Below the pieces are notes generated by a model, which did no database searches, was not told the origin of the DNA, and saw only the letters and a program-made list of their open reading frames with translations. A stretch of 64,000 nt of DNA from Candidatus Hermodarchaeota archaeon (GTDB lineage Archaea > Asgardarchaeota > Hermodarchaeia > Hermodarchaeales > Hermodarchaeaceae). Made by a program: the position numbers and the translations under genes. Location of the stretch: NCBI GenBank assembly GCA_016840065.1, contig JAEOTB010000010.1, forward strand, positions 12,342 through 76,341, written 5' to 3'. Shown here one piece after another: positions 55,785 to 64,000 of the stretch (positions are counted from its first letter, which is position 1; the number at the start of each line of letters is the position of its first letter).

Positions 55785-56462
55785 TTGATAGGTCGAATAA
55801 AGGAGAAATTTAAGAAAGCGTTTGGACCAGTCGGTCGAGCTCTTGGGCGTACTGGAGTTCCGCCCAACCTACTCACGATTTTGGGACCAATAATCGCAGT
55901 ATTTGCTGCCCTCTTCTATTTCTGGCAAGACTTACTGGCAGCACTCTTATTACTACTGTTATCGAGCTTCATTGACGCGCTGGACGGAGCCGTTGCCCGC
56001 GCCCAGAAAAGGACAACTGCCTTTGGAGGAGTCCTTGATAGTGTTTGTGATCGATACAGCGATGCCATCGTGATTTTCGGGATAATTCTTGGTGGATGGT
56101 TATCGTCTTCTTGGGGATTAATTTGGGGGATACTTGCCTTAGTGGGGAGCCTGATGGTTAGCTACACTCGGGCTCGTGCCGAAGCGGCTGGAGTATCACA
56201 GCTTGGAGTAGGAATCGCCGAACGTCCTGAACGCCTCATCATTTTGATGATCGTAACATTGCTTGATTATCTAACTATCAACGGGTTACTATTTACTCCC
56301 CCAGTTCTCTTCGGTGTTTCCCTCTGGATAGAGTATGGGATAATCCTCATCGTGATACTGGCGCATATTACAGTAGTTCAACGAACAGTCGCCGCTTACC
56401 GGGCTTTATCTAAGCAGTCGAAGGAGCAAGAGCAGCAGCCAAAATCTGAAGATACCTCCTAG
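55785..56462 (+). CDS. CDP-alcohol phosphatidyltransferase
   Basis: DALDGAVARAQKRTTAFGGVLDSVCDRYSD satisfies D-G-x2-A-R-x8-G-x3-D-x3-D. Multi-pass membrane protein. Confidence 0.85.
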   Translation: MIGRIKEKFKKAFGPVGRALGRTGVPPNLLTILGPIIAVFAALFYFWQDLLAALLLLLLSSFIDALDGAVARAQKRTTAFGGVLDSVCDRYSDAIVIFGIILGGWLSSSWGLIWGILALVGSLMVSYTRARAEAAGVSQLGVGIAERPERLIILMIVTLLDYLTINGLLFTPPVLFGVSLWIEYGIILIVILAHITVVQRTVAAYRALSKQSKEQEQQPKSEDTS

Positions 56463-56805
56463 CCTCTGACAAGGCACTCCGCCCCTTCTCTGTTATAGCA
56501 TAATACTTCCTTGCAGGACGACGACCCTCTTGCCTCTCCCCGCTCCGCTCAACCAGCCCTTCACGTTGAAGCTTGTAAAGAAGAACATAGGCAGTTACAG
56601 GAGCTATCTCTACACCGAATTGCTCCTGAACGGTTGCTCGAACCTCATACGCGAAGTATTCTCTCTGCTCAAGCAGGGTTAGGACAAAAAGCCAGAGATT
56701 TTCCTTTGTCGTTCTTGTTATAAGGCGTCGCATTGCCTTGGTTCCGTGCTGGGAATAATTCTGGACCGCCTCACTTAACTCCCGTCTATCTGACAATATT
56801 TTCAT
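56410..56805 (-). CDS. PadR-family transcriptional regulator
   Basis: Winged-helix block FAYEVRATVQEQFGVEIAPVTAYVLLYKLQREGLVE. Its 3' end overlaps the convergent gene by 53 nt. Confidence 0.75.
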   Translation of the reverse strand: MKILSDRRELSEAVQNYSQHGTKAMRRLITRTTKENLWLFVLTLLEQREYFAYEVRATVQEQFGVEIAPVTAYVLLYKLQREGLVERSGERQEGRRPARKYYAITEKGRSALSEARRYLQILAAALAPSTA

Positions 56806-56836
56806 TCTCCTAAGGACTAATACTCTGCTTTTTTCA

Positions 56837-57451
56837 CTAATCTATACCTGTTCTACGTGCTAACTCGAGAAGTAATAATGTGATTATTTGGCTCCCCAAA
56901 AGACTTTTTTCTCCTACACCAATTTTCCAGGCGTTCTGTTGCATCAACAGGGTTTCATGCTCGGGTGGTACGCCTTGATGATCACCCAGAACGAAAACAA
57001 GAGGTACCGAAGGGTTAATTTCGGTCTTCGCTAGGGGTTCACCCCCCTCAACTAGATAGAATAATTGCCCTTGTTCTCCTACTATGTCTTCAAGTGACTC
57101 TGCAAATCCTTTTCTTGTAACTGAGAAATGAGGCCAAACTTCAACTTGGGCTGGGTTTTGAGTCTGGGCACGTGCAAGCAAATCTTTCAGTAAAAGAGCA
57201 CACGCAAGCCCGCTCTCAGGAACCATTCCCGCCAATACCTCCCTTACCTGGAGGAGGAGTGGCGGGTTTGGAGGACCACCAAGTACAGAGAGAAACCGTA
57301 TGCTAGGACACAATTCAGGTACGCTTCGAAAGGTGGCTACTAACACTCGGCACAAAACGTCTAGTCGTCCACTCGTACCAGCAACGTCACGTATGAGAAA
57401 GTCTCCTGAAGTACGACAGTGAATTGCATCAAAGAGAACAGTTAGACGCAA
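56837..57451 (-). CDS. trmY: tRNA (pseudouridine54-N1)-methyltransferase TrmY-like (DUF358, SPOUT)
   Basis: GTSGRLDVLCR and GGPPNPP blocks match the TrmY signature (G..GR.DL.CR / G.PNPP). Confidence 0.65.
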   Translation of the reverse strand: MRLTVLFDAIHCRTSGDFLIRDVAGTSGRLDVLCRVLVATFRSVPELCPSIRFLSVLGGPPNPPLLLQVREVLAGMVPESGLACALLLKDLLARAQTQNPAQVEVWPHFSVTRKGFAESLEDIVGEQGQLFYLVEGGEPLAKTEINPSVPLVFVLGDHQGVPPEHETLLMQQNAWKIGVGEKSLLGSQIITLLLLELARRTGID

Positions 57452-57512
57452 AGGATTCCCTCAAACATATACCCAAAAATAGAGTGCCTCGAAACACTCC
57501 GTTGAATGAGGA

Positions 57513-57797
57513 TTATTGTCTAGACTTAGATTTCCTGGAGTCTCGGCTTCGGATAGTCACGACTCCTCGATGAACGGCACATGAAATGCAATACCATTTT
57601 GAAATTTCACGGCGGGGCATAACGGTACCCGCTCGTCGAAGCTCTCTTGCCATCTGCGGGTCCACAAAAGAGGCTCTTGTTGTACGGCGCTTCGCCTTAT
57701 CGCGGGGCACTAATTTCCCGCATTGAGTGCATTGAACTGAGCTTCCTCGGCCTTGTGAGCCTTTTCTTCGACCTTGACTCTTTCTTTTTGATGGCAA
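57513..57797 (-). CDS. rps26e: Ribosomal protein eS26
   Basis: PSKRKSQGRRKG...VQCTQCGKLVPRDKA...YCISCAVHRGVV matches the eS26 zinc-binding pattern. Start set at the in-frame TTG giving MPSKRK. Confidence 0.85.
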   Translation of the reverse strand: MPSKRKSQGRRKGSQGRGSSVQCTQCGKLVPRDKAKRRTTRASFVDPQMARELRRAGTVMPRREISKWYCISCAVHRGVVTIRSRDSRKSKSRQ

Positions 57798-57927
57798 TGT
57801 CTTTTCATCTCGTAATATCCTATGCAAGTCGCTATCCTTGTGATCGGACTATCAGCCTGCAGTTTCAAGGGAGCATACAAAAGCCCCTTTCATAAACTTT
57901 GTGTTGAGAACGCTCTTTATCTTCGTT

Positions 57928-58356
57928 TCAATCGATTGTTCGACCTGATTCTGCTAAGGGGTGTCCTAAGCATTCCAGTCGAAAGGCTTTGTACCAACCA
58001 AAGGGTGCAATGTGTACAGTAAAACCTAGCTTTCCAAGTTCTTCAGCAAGAGTTTGTAACATACGTACTGCATACTTTGGTTTGGCGAGTTTTCGTGCGA
58101 AGATATGTGCGTGGGGGTAAACTACAATCTCTTTCACTTTCACGCGCTCTGCGACTATCTGAAGTTCCAAGGCTGCCTTCCCAGCTATCGAAGACAGTCT
58201 GCCTTCATCACTGGTTTCGACAGCGCAGAAGGCAGTAAGACAGTTCTCAAATTCTTTCCACACGCCCTCTTCAGCGTCGTCACGTACACTAATTTTAACT
58301 GGCTCTGTTGCCTTGTAGGCGAGTTTTCCGTGAAAGATAAGCAATCGCAAAATCAT
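57928..58356 (-). CDS. Free-standing archaeal ThrRS-type editing domain (DTD-like fold)
   Basis: 142 aa. VVYPHAHIFARKLAKPKYAVRMLQTL...GFTVHIAPFGWYKAFRLECLGHPLAESGRTI parallels the Pyrococcus ThrRS N-terminal editing domain blocks (VYPFAHLS..LAKP / APFGYYKAF.I.CKGHPLSELSRTI), as I recall them. Confidence 0.8.
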   Translation of the reverse strand: MILRLLIFHGKLAYKATEPVKISVRDDAEEGVWKEFENCLTAFCAVETSDEGRLSSIAGKAALELQIVAERVKVKEIVVYPHAHIFARKLAKPKYAVRMLQTLAEELGKLGFTVHIAPFGWYKAFRLECLGHPLAESGRTID

Positions 58357-58373
58357 TCATCTCCTTTTTTCGG

Positions 58374-59753
58374 TCATATTTTGATTTCTTCTCTTGTTTT
58401 CTGAAGATACCTCAAGCCTTGTTTAGCGAGTTCTTCTGCCCGGGCGTGGGTCTTTGCTTCGGCGAATATCCGGAACTTAGGCTCGGTTCCTGAAGGTCGG
58501 AGGAGAACCCAACCATCTGAGTATCGGAGTTTTATTCCGTCTAGTTTGTCACACTTGATATCTGTTGGTATCTGTTCAGCCACTCTCTCTAATAGGATTG
58601 CTTTTTCATCGTCGGTACAGGGCAATCCCGTTTTTACCTGTGAATATGATGGAAAACGTTTGTCTAGCTCGTTTAGCGATGCTTCTTCATGGGCTAGGAG
58701 ACCCAGGATTGTTAATGTAGTAAGCAGTCCCTCTCGGGTCCAAGACCAACCATTGTAGATTACTCCCCCATTCTCTTCTCCTCCTATCTGGGCATCCACC
58801 TCCTTCATTTTCGCAACGATGTTTGGTTCACCGACCTTCGTGAGAACCACTTCCGCGTCTATGGTTTCTGCAACGTCTCGAATAACATCGCTCGTTGCCA
58901 CTTGAGTGACTATTTTCTTATGTTTAACAGGGCTATCTCGTAACCGATAGTAGGCGGCAAGAGCAAAGCTACGATCGCCCATAATGAAGCGCCCCTTATG
59001 ATCGATGAAAACTACACGGTCTGCATCGCCATCCCAAGCCATACCAACGTCTGCTCCAGTCTTTACTACTTGGTCCTTAAGCTTTCCAAGGTTTTCTTCC
59101 TTAGGCTCAGGATGTCGTCCTTGGAAGAGACCATCAGGGACACAAAATTGTGTTTCCACCTGACAGCCTGCCTGCTTCAGAAGTCGGGGGATCATTACCG
59201 ATGCGGCTCCTCCGCCACAATCAGCTACAACGCGTAATCTCTGCTTCCGAATCCTACTACAATCTACCTGCTGAAGTAATTCCTGAGTGTAGAGGGGACG
59301 GAAATCTTCTGTTATGAGAGGCTTCCCGAAGAGTTTCCAAGAAACTCTGCGTTTTGACTCAGGTTGAGCAAATAATTGCTCTATCAGACGTTCTGGCTTC
59401 GAGGTGTAAGATGCTCCGTCTTTACCCCATAATTTGATGCCATTGAATTCAGGAGGGTTATGGCTAGCGGTCACCATAACGCCTGCAGTGCTGTTTAACC
59501 TTGGAATGGCAAAAGACAACAGGGGAGTAGGAACAAGACCTAGATAATAGACATCGCAGCCTCCAGTCATCAAGCCTGCGCTAACAGCGTGGTTGAGCAT
59601 TTCATTTGATGTGCGTGTATCCCAAGCGGTCACGACTGGCCCCTTACCATTCAAGGAGTTTGCTAAAGCTAGACCTACACCATATGCCATTGCTGGTGTA
59701 AGAGTCTCATTAACTATAGCACGCAAACCCTGCGTTCCAAAAAGCCGACTCAT
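58374..59753 (-). CDS. Phosphohexomutase (phosphoglucosamine/phosphomanno/phosphoglucomutase family), paralog 1
   Basis: Active-site TASHNPPEFNGIKL, metal loop WDGDADR, GEENGG sugar loop, and C-terminal RPSGTEPK. Confidence 0.9.
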   Translation of the reverse strand: MSRLFGTQGLRAIVNETLTPAMAYGVGLALANSLNGKGPVVTAWDTRTSNEMLNHAVSAGLMTGGCDVYYLGLVPTPLLSFAIPRLNSTAGVMVTASHNPPEFNGIKLWGKDGASYTSKPERLIEQLFAQPESKRRVSWKLFGKPLITEDFRPLYTQELLQQVDCSRIRKQRLRVVADCGGGAASVMIPRLLKQAGCQVETQFCVPDGLFQGRHPEPKEENLGKLKDQVVKTGADVGMAWDGDADRVVFIDHKGRFIMGDRSFALAAYYRLRDSPVKHKKIVTQVATSDVIRDVAETIDAEVVLTKVGEPNIVAKMKEVDAQIGGEENGGVIYNGWSWTREGLLTTLTILGLLAHEEASLNELDKRFPSYSQVKTGLPCTDDEKAILLERVAEQIPTDIKCDKLDGIKLRYSDGWVLLRPSGTEPKFRIFAEAKTHARAEELAKQGLRYLQKTREEIKI

Positions 59754-59856
59754 AATAGGGACCTCTGAACATCAATACTACTCCATCCCCTCTTGAAAAA
59801 GCGTTATTCCTACATCAACTAGGCGACAAATCTAGAGAAATTCAGGGATGTTCTTC

Positions 59857-60654
59857 CTAGAATACGTTTAGAGGCCTACTCCTAGTAGATGTCGAGACAA
59901 GTGCTCTTGTGGTTTCTATATGCGTTCCTATCTCCTTTCGGATTGTCTCGATTCGCTCTGACTCAAGGTAGGGTTCCAATGTCCAAAGAAGTAGATGGGT
60001 GTACAATTCCTTAGGATCGATTATCTCTTCGATGTTACCAATTACCTTCATCCGGAACAGATACTCGTCCTCGTACATACTCACAATAGTGCGTAGTTTC
60101 TGTGCAAGAGACTCGACATTGTCTACTAGCTGTCTTAACTTACGGTCTGGTTTCTCAGTACTTTGCAGCAATTCGGCTGCCCTGCGCTGTAAACCGCTCA
60201 CCTGCTCGGTCATTAACCGCATCTTCCGGATTACTCCCTCGAAATCAGGAGCCAGAGCAAGGAGCTTTGGCAGAAGCTTATCAAGTTCCTCGAGGTTCTT
60301 AACCACCGCTTTGTCTACAATCCCTTCAAATGAAGCGAGCTTCCCAAGATCCTCGAGGTTCTTAAGGAAGTTAATCTTAGAGAGCGCTCCAAGGATTACT
60401 CGAATAGGACGAAGAGAGTTACGATGTGTCGACTCCCAGCGTGACATAGCGTCGTCTAGCCCACTCGTTACTTCCCGCATGGTGCGGCCAAACTCTCGGA
60501 TTATTGCTGCCAAACTTCCATCGTCCACGGCGATTGTCTCCATAAGGTCTTTTTCTTGCCTTACTCGGAACTGATTCTTGTCTGTCATTCTATGAATAAC
60601 CAACGTATTGCAGGGATTTAAACAATGCGCTTCAGGAAACGAATAAACGAACAC
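59857..60654 (-). CDS. Hypothetical helical protein
   Basis: 265-aa ORF (the start may be the internal MTDKNQF) with helical, coiled-coil-like sequence. The antisense 191-aa ORF is Ser/Arg-rich and looks spurious. Confidence 0.4.
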   Translation of the reverse strand: MFVYSFPEAHCLNPCNTLVIHRMTDKNQFRVRQEKDLMETIAVDDGSLAAIIREFGRTMREVTSGLDDAMSRWESTHRNSLRPIRVILGALSKINFLKNLEDLGKLASFEGIVDKAVVKNLEELDKLLPKLLALAPDFEGVIRKMRLMTEQVSGLQRRAAELLQSTEKPDRKLRQLVDNVESLAQKLRTIVSMYEDEYLFRMKVIGNIEEIIDPKELYTHLLLWTLEPYLESERIETIRKEIGTHIETTRALVSTSTRSRPLNVF

Positions 60655-60694
60655 TGTTAAGTATTCCTAACATCATTTTTTATCAGGTGAAAAC

Positions 60695-62080
60695 ATGGAC
60701 GGAGAGTGGCGCCCGCGCTTTGGAAGTAGTGGAATTCGAGGCTGTGTTGCTGAGGAATTGGCGCCAAATGAAGCTTGGTTTCTAGGTAATAGCATCGCTA
60801 CGGTCTTTAAGAGAGGTTCGATTCTGGTCTGCAGCGATCATCGTACCAGTAGCCCGCTCCTAGTCCACTCTCTTGCCAGTGGCCTCATGTCAGGTGGTGC
60901 CCGGGTTGTCCTTGGGGGGCAAGTAATTACTCCAGCTGTGAGTCTATATGTCAAGCACCATCAGCTATCAGCAGCTGTTCTCGTTACTGGCAGCCATAAT
61001 TCCCCAAAAATTAATGGAATTGAAGTCCTAGCAGACGACGGGGCTCCTGTGGACCGCGCCACTGAGCAGCGAATTGAAGAGCTTACTGTGAGCCCACCTG
61101 CTCCTCTTCCTTGGGATCAACAAGGTGAAACCACCTCAGTCGACGATGTCGGTCAATACTGGGTAACAAAGATAACTCGTCTTGTGAACACATCTCTTAT
61201 CCAAAAACAAAATTTTCGCGTGGCAGTAGATGTGTGCAATGGTTCAGCAATCCCTTGGCTCCTAAATGTAATTGAAGAGTTAGGTTGTCAACTAGTAGGT
61301 GTTAATACTAAACAAGACCCTCTCTTTCCCGGTAGGTCTCCTAACCTAACCGTTGATTTACTCACTGAGGTCTCAAATACAGTACTGGAGAATGGTTGCC
61401 ACCTAGGTGTGGCCGTTGATGGAGACGGTGACCGAGTGTTCCTAATTGACGAAAAGGGTCGAACATTACAAGGCGACATAAGTGGAACAATCTTTGCCCG
61501 TCTAGAGCTAGAACGCCAGAGTGGAGGCACGATTGTTACCCCAATTAATACTAGCAATGTTGTCTATGATATGGCTCGGGAATTCAAAGGAGAAGTAGTG
61601 AATAGTCGAATTGGACCACCAGCTATTGTAGCCAAAATAAAAAGCCACCAGGCTATATTCGGGTTCGAGGAATCTGGGAAGGCAATCTATCCGCATATAA
61701 ATTATCTTTCAGATAGTGGGTTAGCAACAAGTCAGATTCTTGAATACCTCGCCAAAAACAACATCAAACTTAGTGTCTTAGTAGACAGCCTCCCCAAGTA
61801 TCATCAGATAAAGCGCTCTCTAGATTGTCCTAATTCAATGAAAGGAAAAGTGATGAAAGGGCTAATTAAGGTGCTGAAAACCCAATTCGTCAACGCGGAC
61901 TTCGTAACAATAGATGGGTTGAAGGTAATATTTGACGACGGGTGGCTACTACTAAGACCCAGTGGGACTGAGCCAAAATTTAAAGTCTTTTCAGAGTCAC
62001 AATATGCGCCTCGCGCTGAAGAACTATTTCAAATAGGCTTGAGTTATCTACAAAAGGAAATGAGTCGCTACCCAAAATGA
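60695..62080 (+). CDS. Phosphohexomutase family, paralog 2 (divergent active-site loop)
   Basis: TGSHNSPKINGIEV, VDGDGDR, FEESGK and RPSGTEPK motifs. The ATG is preceded by AGGTGA. Confidence 0.85.
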   Translation: MDGEWRPRFGSSGIRGCVAEELAPNEAWFLGNSIATVFKRGSILVCSDHRTSSPLLVHSLASGLMSGGARVVLGGQVITPAVSLYVKHHQLSAAVLVTGSHNSPKINGIEVLADDGAPVDRATEQRIEELTVSPPAPLPWDQQGETTSVDDVGQYWVTKITRLVNTSLIQKQNFRVAVDVCNGSAIPWLLNVIEELGCQLVGVNTKQDPLFPGRSPNLTVDLLTEVSNTVLENGCHLGVAVDGDGDRVFLIDEKGRTLQGDISGTIFARLELERQSGGTIVTPINTSNVVYDMAREFKGEVVNSRIGPPAIVAKIKSHQAIFGFEESGKAIYPHINYLSDSGLATSQILEYLAKNNIKLSVLVDSLPKYHQIKRSLDCPNSMKGKVMKGLIKVLKTQFVNADFVTIDGLKVIFDDGWLLLRPSGTEPKFKVFSESQYAPRAEELFQIGLSYLQKEMSRYPK

Positions 62081-62102
62081 AAAATTAATTAGGTGACAGA
62101 AT

Positions 62103-63515
62103 GTGGTTCCTTCATCTTCCCTTTTCGGGAGTTCAGGTATTCGAGGACTTGTGAATGAATTCATCACAGGTCCTTTAGCTATCCGTATTGGGCTAGCTGT
62201 CGCACAACTTTACCGTGAAAAACACAGCAAACCCTCTATCATTGTAGGTCACGATCATAGGACAACCGGTCCCATGCTCACTTCTGCGCTGATTTCAGGG
62301 CTCCTAACCGGTGGGAGTCAAGTTGTCAAGGCAGGAATGGCGCCAACACCAGCAATTGCATATGCTGGGGGAAAGAGGGGAACGGTGGCTGCCGTAATCG
62401 TAACAGCAAGTCACAATCCTCCAGAATACAACGGCTTCAAGTTCCACAATCCTGATGGTGCAGGTTTTTCCACAAACCAGCAAGAAAGAATTGAACACCT
62501 CATCGACTCTAGTGAACCAGTAGCCTGGGAGGATTTTGGATCAACCACCGGTTTTGAACCAATTCCGATGTATATGGAAGCATTAGAGAGTGCTTGTACA
62601 GTTACTAAACAACACCGCGTAGTACTTGATGCTGCTCTAGGCGCAGGTGGGCTCGTCACACCACTAGTACTCGACAATCTGGGTGCTAAAGTTACCGCTA
62701 TTGGTGTGCCTCCAAATGGGAGGGAATATGCACAGAATATTCCCCACTCAAAGATTCAAAGCGCAGCTGCTGCGGAATGGCAGCATTTTGTCAACCTCGA
62801 TAAGCTTAGTGCCCTTGTGCAAACAAAAAAAGCCGAAGTCGGCTTTGCACATGACGGCGATGCAGATCGGCTCCTCGCCGTTGATGACAAGGGACGCATC
62901 TTAGCAGGAGATACACTACTTGCATTAGTGGCTGACTATTATTTAGCAACTCGGGGGGGAAAGGTAATCGCTACAACAGTTTCGAGTTCCAGCGTCGTTG
63001 ATATTGTGGCTAGGAAACACGGTGCAAGTGTTGTTCGTTGCCGTGTAGGCGATGTCTTTGTATCCAATCTTGTCAAGGAGCACAACGCGGTCCTCGGAGC
63101 CGAGCCCTCAGGTCCCTTCATTTTCCCCGAGGTCCATTACTGTCCAGATGGTCCATTGGCGGCCTGTAAGGTTCTAGAACTTCTAGATTGGGCTAAACGC
63201 CCACTAAGCGCCCTAGTTGATGAGCTACCAGAAATGCATCTCCTACGCGCCTCAGTAAAATGCTCAAATGATGTAAAACCTGTTGTCATGAAGGCTGTTG
63301 CTAACACTCTTGAAGACTTGTCTGATGTTGAGGAAGTCAGCAAGTTAGATGGGGTGAGAGCTAGTTTTAGTGACAATAGCTGGATACTAATTCGCCCATC
63401 CGGTACTGAACCCGTGATTCGGATTACTGTCGAGGCTCAATCAGCATCAAGGGCAAAAGACCTCCTCAACAGAGGGAAAAACGCTATTAGTTTGGTACTG
63501 AAACAAATTTCCTAA
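62103..63515 (+). CDS. Phosphohexomutase family, paralog 3
   Basis: TASHNPPEYNGFKF, HDGDADR and RPSGTEPV motifs. GTG start 7 nt after AGGTGA. Confidence 0.9.
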   Translation: MVPSSSLFGSSGIRGLVNEFITGPLAIRIGLAVAQLYREKHSKPSIIVGHDHRTTGPMLTSALISGLLTGGSQVVKAGMAPTPAIAYAGGKRGTVAAVIVTASHNPPEYNGFKFHNPDGAGFSTNQQERIEHLIDSSEPVAWEDFGSTTGFEPIPMYMEALESACTVTKQHRVVLDAALGAGGLVTPLVLDNLGAKVTAIGVPPNGREYAQNIPHSKIQSAAAAEWQHFVNLDKLSALVQTKKAEVGFAHDGDADRLLAVDDKGRILAGDTLLALVADYYLATRGGKVIATTVSSSSVVDIVARKHGASVVRCRVGDVFVSNLVKEHNAVLGAEPSGPFIFPEVHYCPDGPLAACKVLELLDWAKRPLSALVDELPEMHLLRASVKCSNDVKPVVMKAVANTLEDLSDVEEVSKLDGVRASFSDNSWILIRPSGTEPVIRITVEAQSASRAKDLLNRGKNAISLVLKQIS

Positions 63516-64000
63516 GACCGCCGTTTCTCCTCCACACAGCTCTGCTTGAGCCGAAGATGAATATTGTCTGGAACATCTTTTTCCACTACAATTCCTGGGT
63601 CAATCCAGCTGTCGAATCCTATTGTACGGCCAGGTAATACAACAGCATTGCATCCGATTTTTGACTTTCCCCCGACAACAGCTCCGAACTTGTCTGTGTG
63701 AGTTGAAACTAACTCCCCTCTGAGCATTACCTTGACGGTCTCACCGTCAAAGCGGTAGTTCGAAAGGACAACACCTGCTCCGATGTCTGCTTCATGACCC
63801 AGTATACTGTCACCTATGAAAGCGAGATGACCAATACTGCTGCCTGGCATCAACACAGAATTACGAACCTCACAGGCGAAGCCCACACTAACGCCTTGTT
63901 CTAAAACGGTGTGATCTCGCAAGAGCGCATTATTCCCTACCACAACATTTTCGCCAACGTAGACTGGACCAACTAGGCTAGCTCCTGGAAATACTCGTGC
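63512..64000 (-). CDS. Left-handed beta-helix (hexapeptide-repeat) C-terminal part of a sugar-1-phosphate nucleotidyl/acetyltransferase-like protein; partial, runs off the window
   Basis: Hexapeptide repeats (IGHLAFIGDSILGHEADIGAGVVLSN...). I checked by hand that the reading frame stays open from 63943 to 64000, so the N-terminus lies outside the window. Confidence 0.7.
   Translation of the reverse strand, partial: ARVFPGASLVGPVYVGENVVVGNNALLRDHTVLEQGVSVGFACEVRNSVLMPGSSIGHLAFIGDSILGHEADIGAGVVLSNYRFDGETVKVMLRGELVSTHTDKFGAVVGGKSKIGCNAVVLPGRTIGFDSWIDPGIVVEKDVPDNIHLRLKQSCVEEKRRS

Noticed and set aside
59999-60574. 191-aa ORF antisense to 59857-60654
   Set aside because: The Ser/Arg-rich composition suggests a shadow ORF. 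However, neither strand has a recognisable family, so the strand call for this locus remains only moderately confident.
1-64000. Looked for mobile elements, integrases, transposases, toxin-antitoxin pairs, restriction-modification, CRISPR-cas or other defence islands
   Set aside because: I recognised no DDE/HUH transposase, tyrosine or serine recombinase, Cas or typical defence-gene motifs in any long ORF. The window looks like core chromosome rather than an accessory island.

Overview
This is a densely coding archaeal chromosomal segment. I count about 65 ORFs I consider real, on both strands, with short spacers, frequent GGAGG/AGGTGA ribosome-binding sites and many TTG/GTG starts. Archaeal housekeeping markers are TFB, ABCE1, a family-B DNA polymerase, ribosomal protein eS26, a UbiA-type DGGGP synthase, a CDP-alcohol phosphatidyltransferase, and archaeal-type ThrRS, LeuRS, AspRS and SerRS. 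The window also holds many eukaryotic-signature proteins, which points to an Asgard archaeon; the exact lineage cannot be fixed from the sequence alone. The centrepiece (about 30.2-40.7 kb) is a contiguous ubiquitin plus ESCRT supercluster. It contains an E1-like enzyme, an E2, a ubiquitin-like protein ending in GG, and a RING/PHD-like zinc finger. It continues with a UEV (Vps23/Tsg101-like) protein, Vps28, Vps22 (EAP30), Vps25, Vps4 and two Snf7-family ESCRT-III proteins. Several uncharacterised co-oriented genes sit among them: coiled-coil proteins, a 98-aa protein, and a multi-zinc-ribbon/PH-GRAM-like protein. Elsewhere there is a short divergent actin-family protein followed by a GC-rich structured intergenic RNA candidate with a K-turn motif and three small coiled-coil genes. 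There is also a gelsolin-domain protein next to a Roadblock/LC7 protein, and a QNG1/DUF2419-like protein. A ThrRS lacking an editing domain is paired with a free-standing ThrRS-type editing domain about 46 kb away. A HerA/DUF853-like ATPase carries a Thr/Pro/Lys-rich tandem-repeat linker, and three phosphohexomutase paralogs are clustered. RNA genes are one canonical tRNA-Arg(GCG) and one tRNA-like paralog that lacks an anticodon loop. I saw no rRNA, CRISPR array, transposase, integrase or obvious prophage. All functional calls rest on motif recognition by eye; no database search or computation was run.
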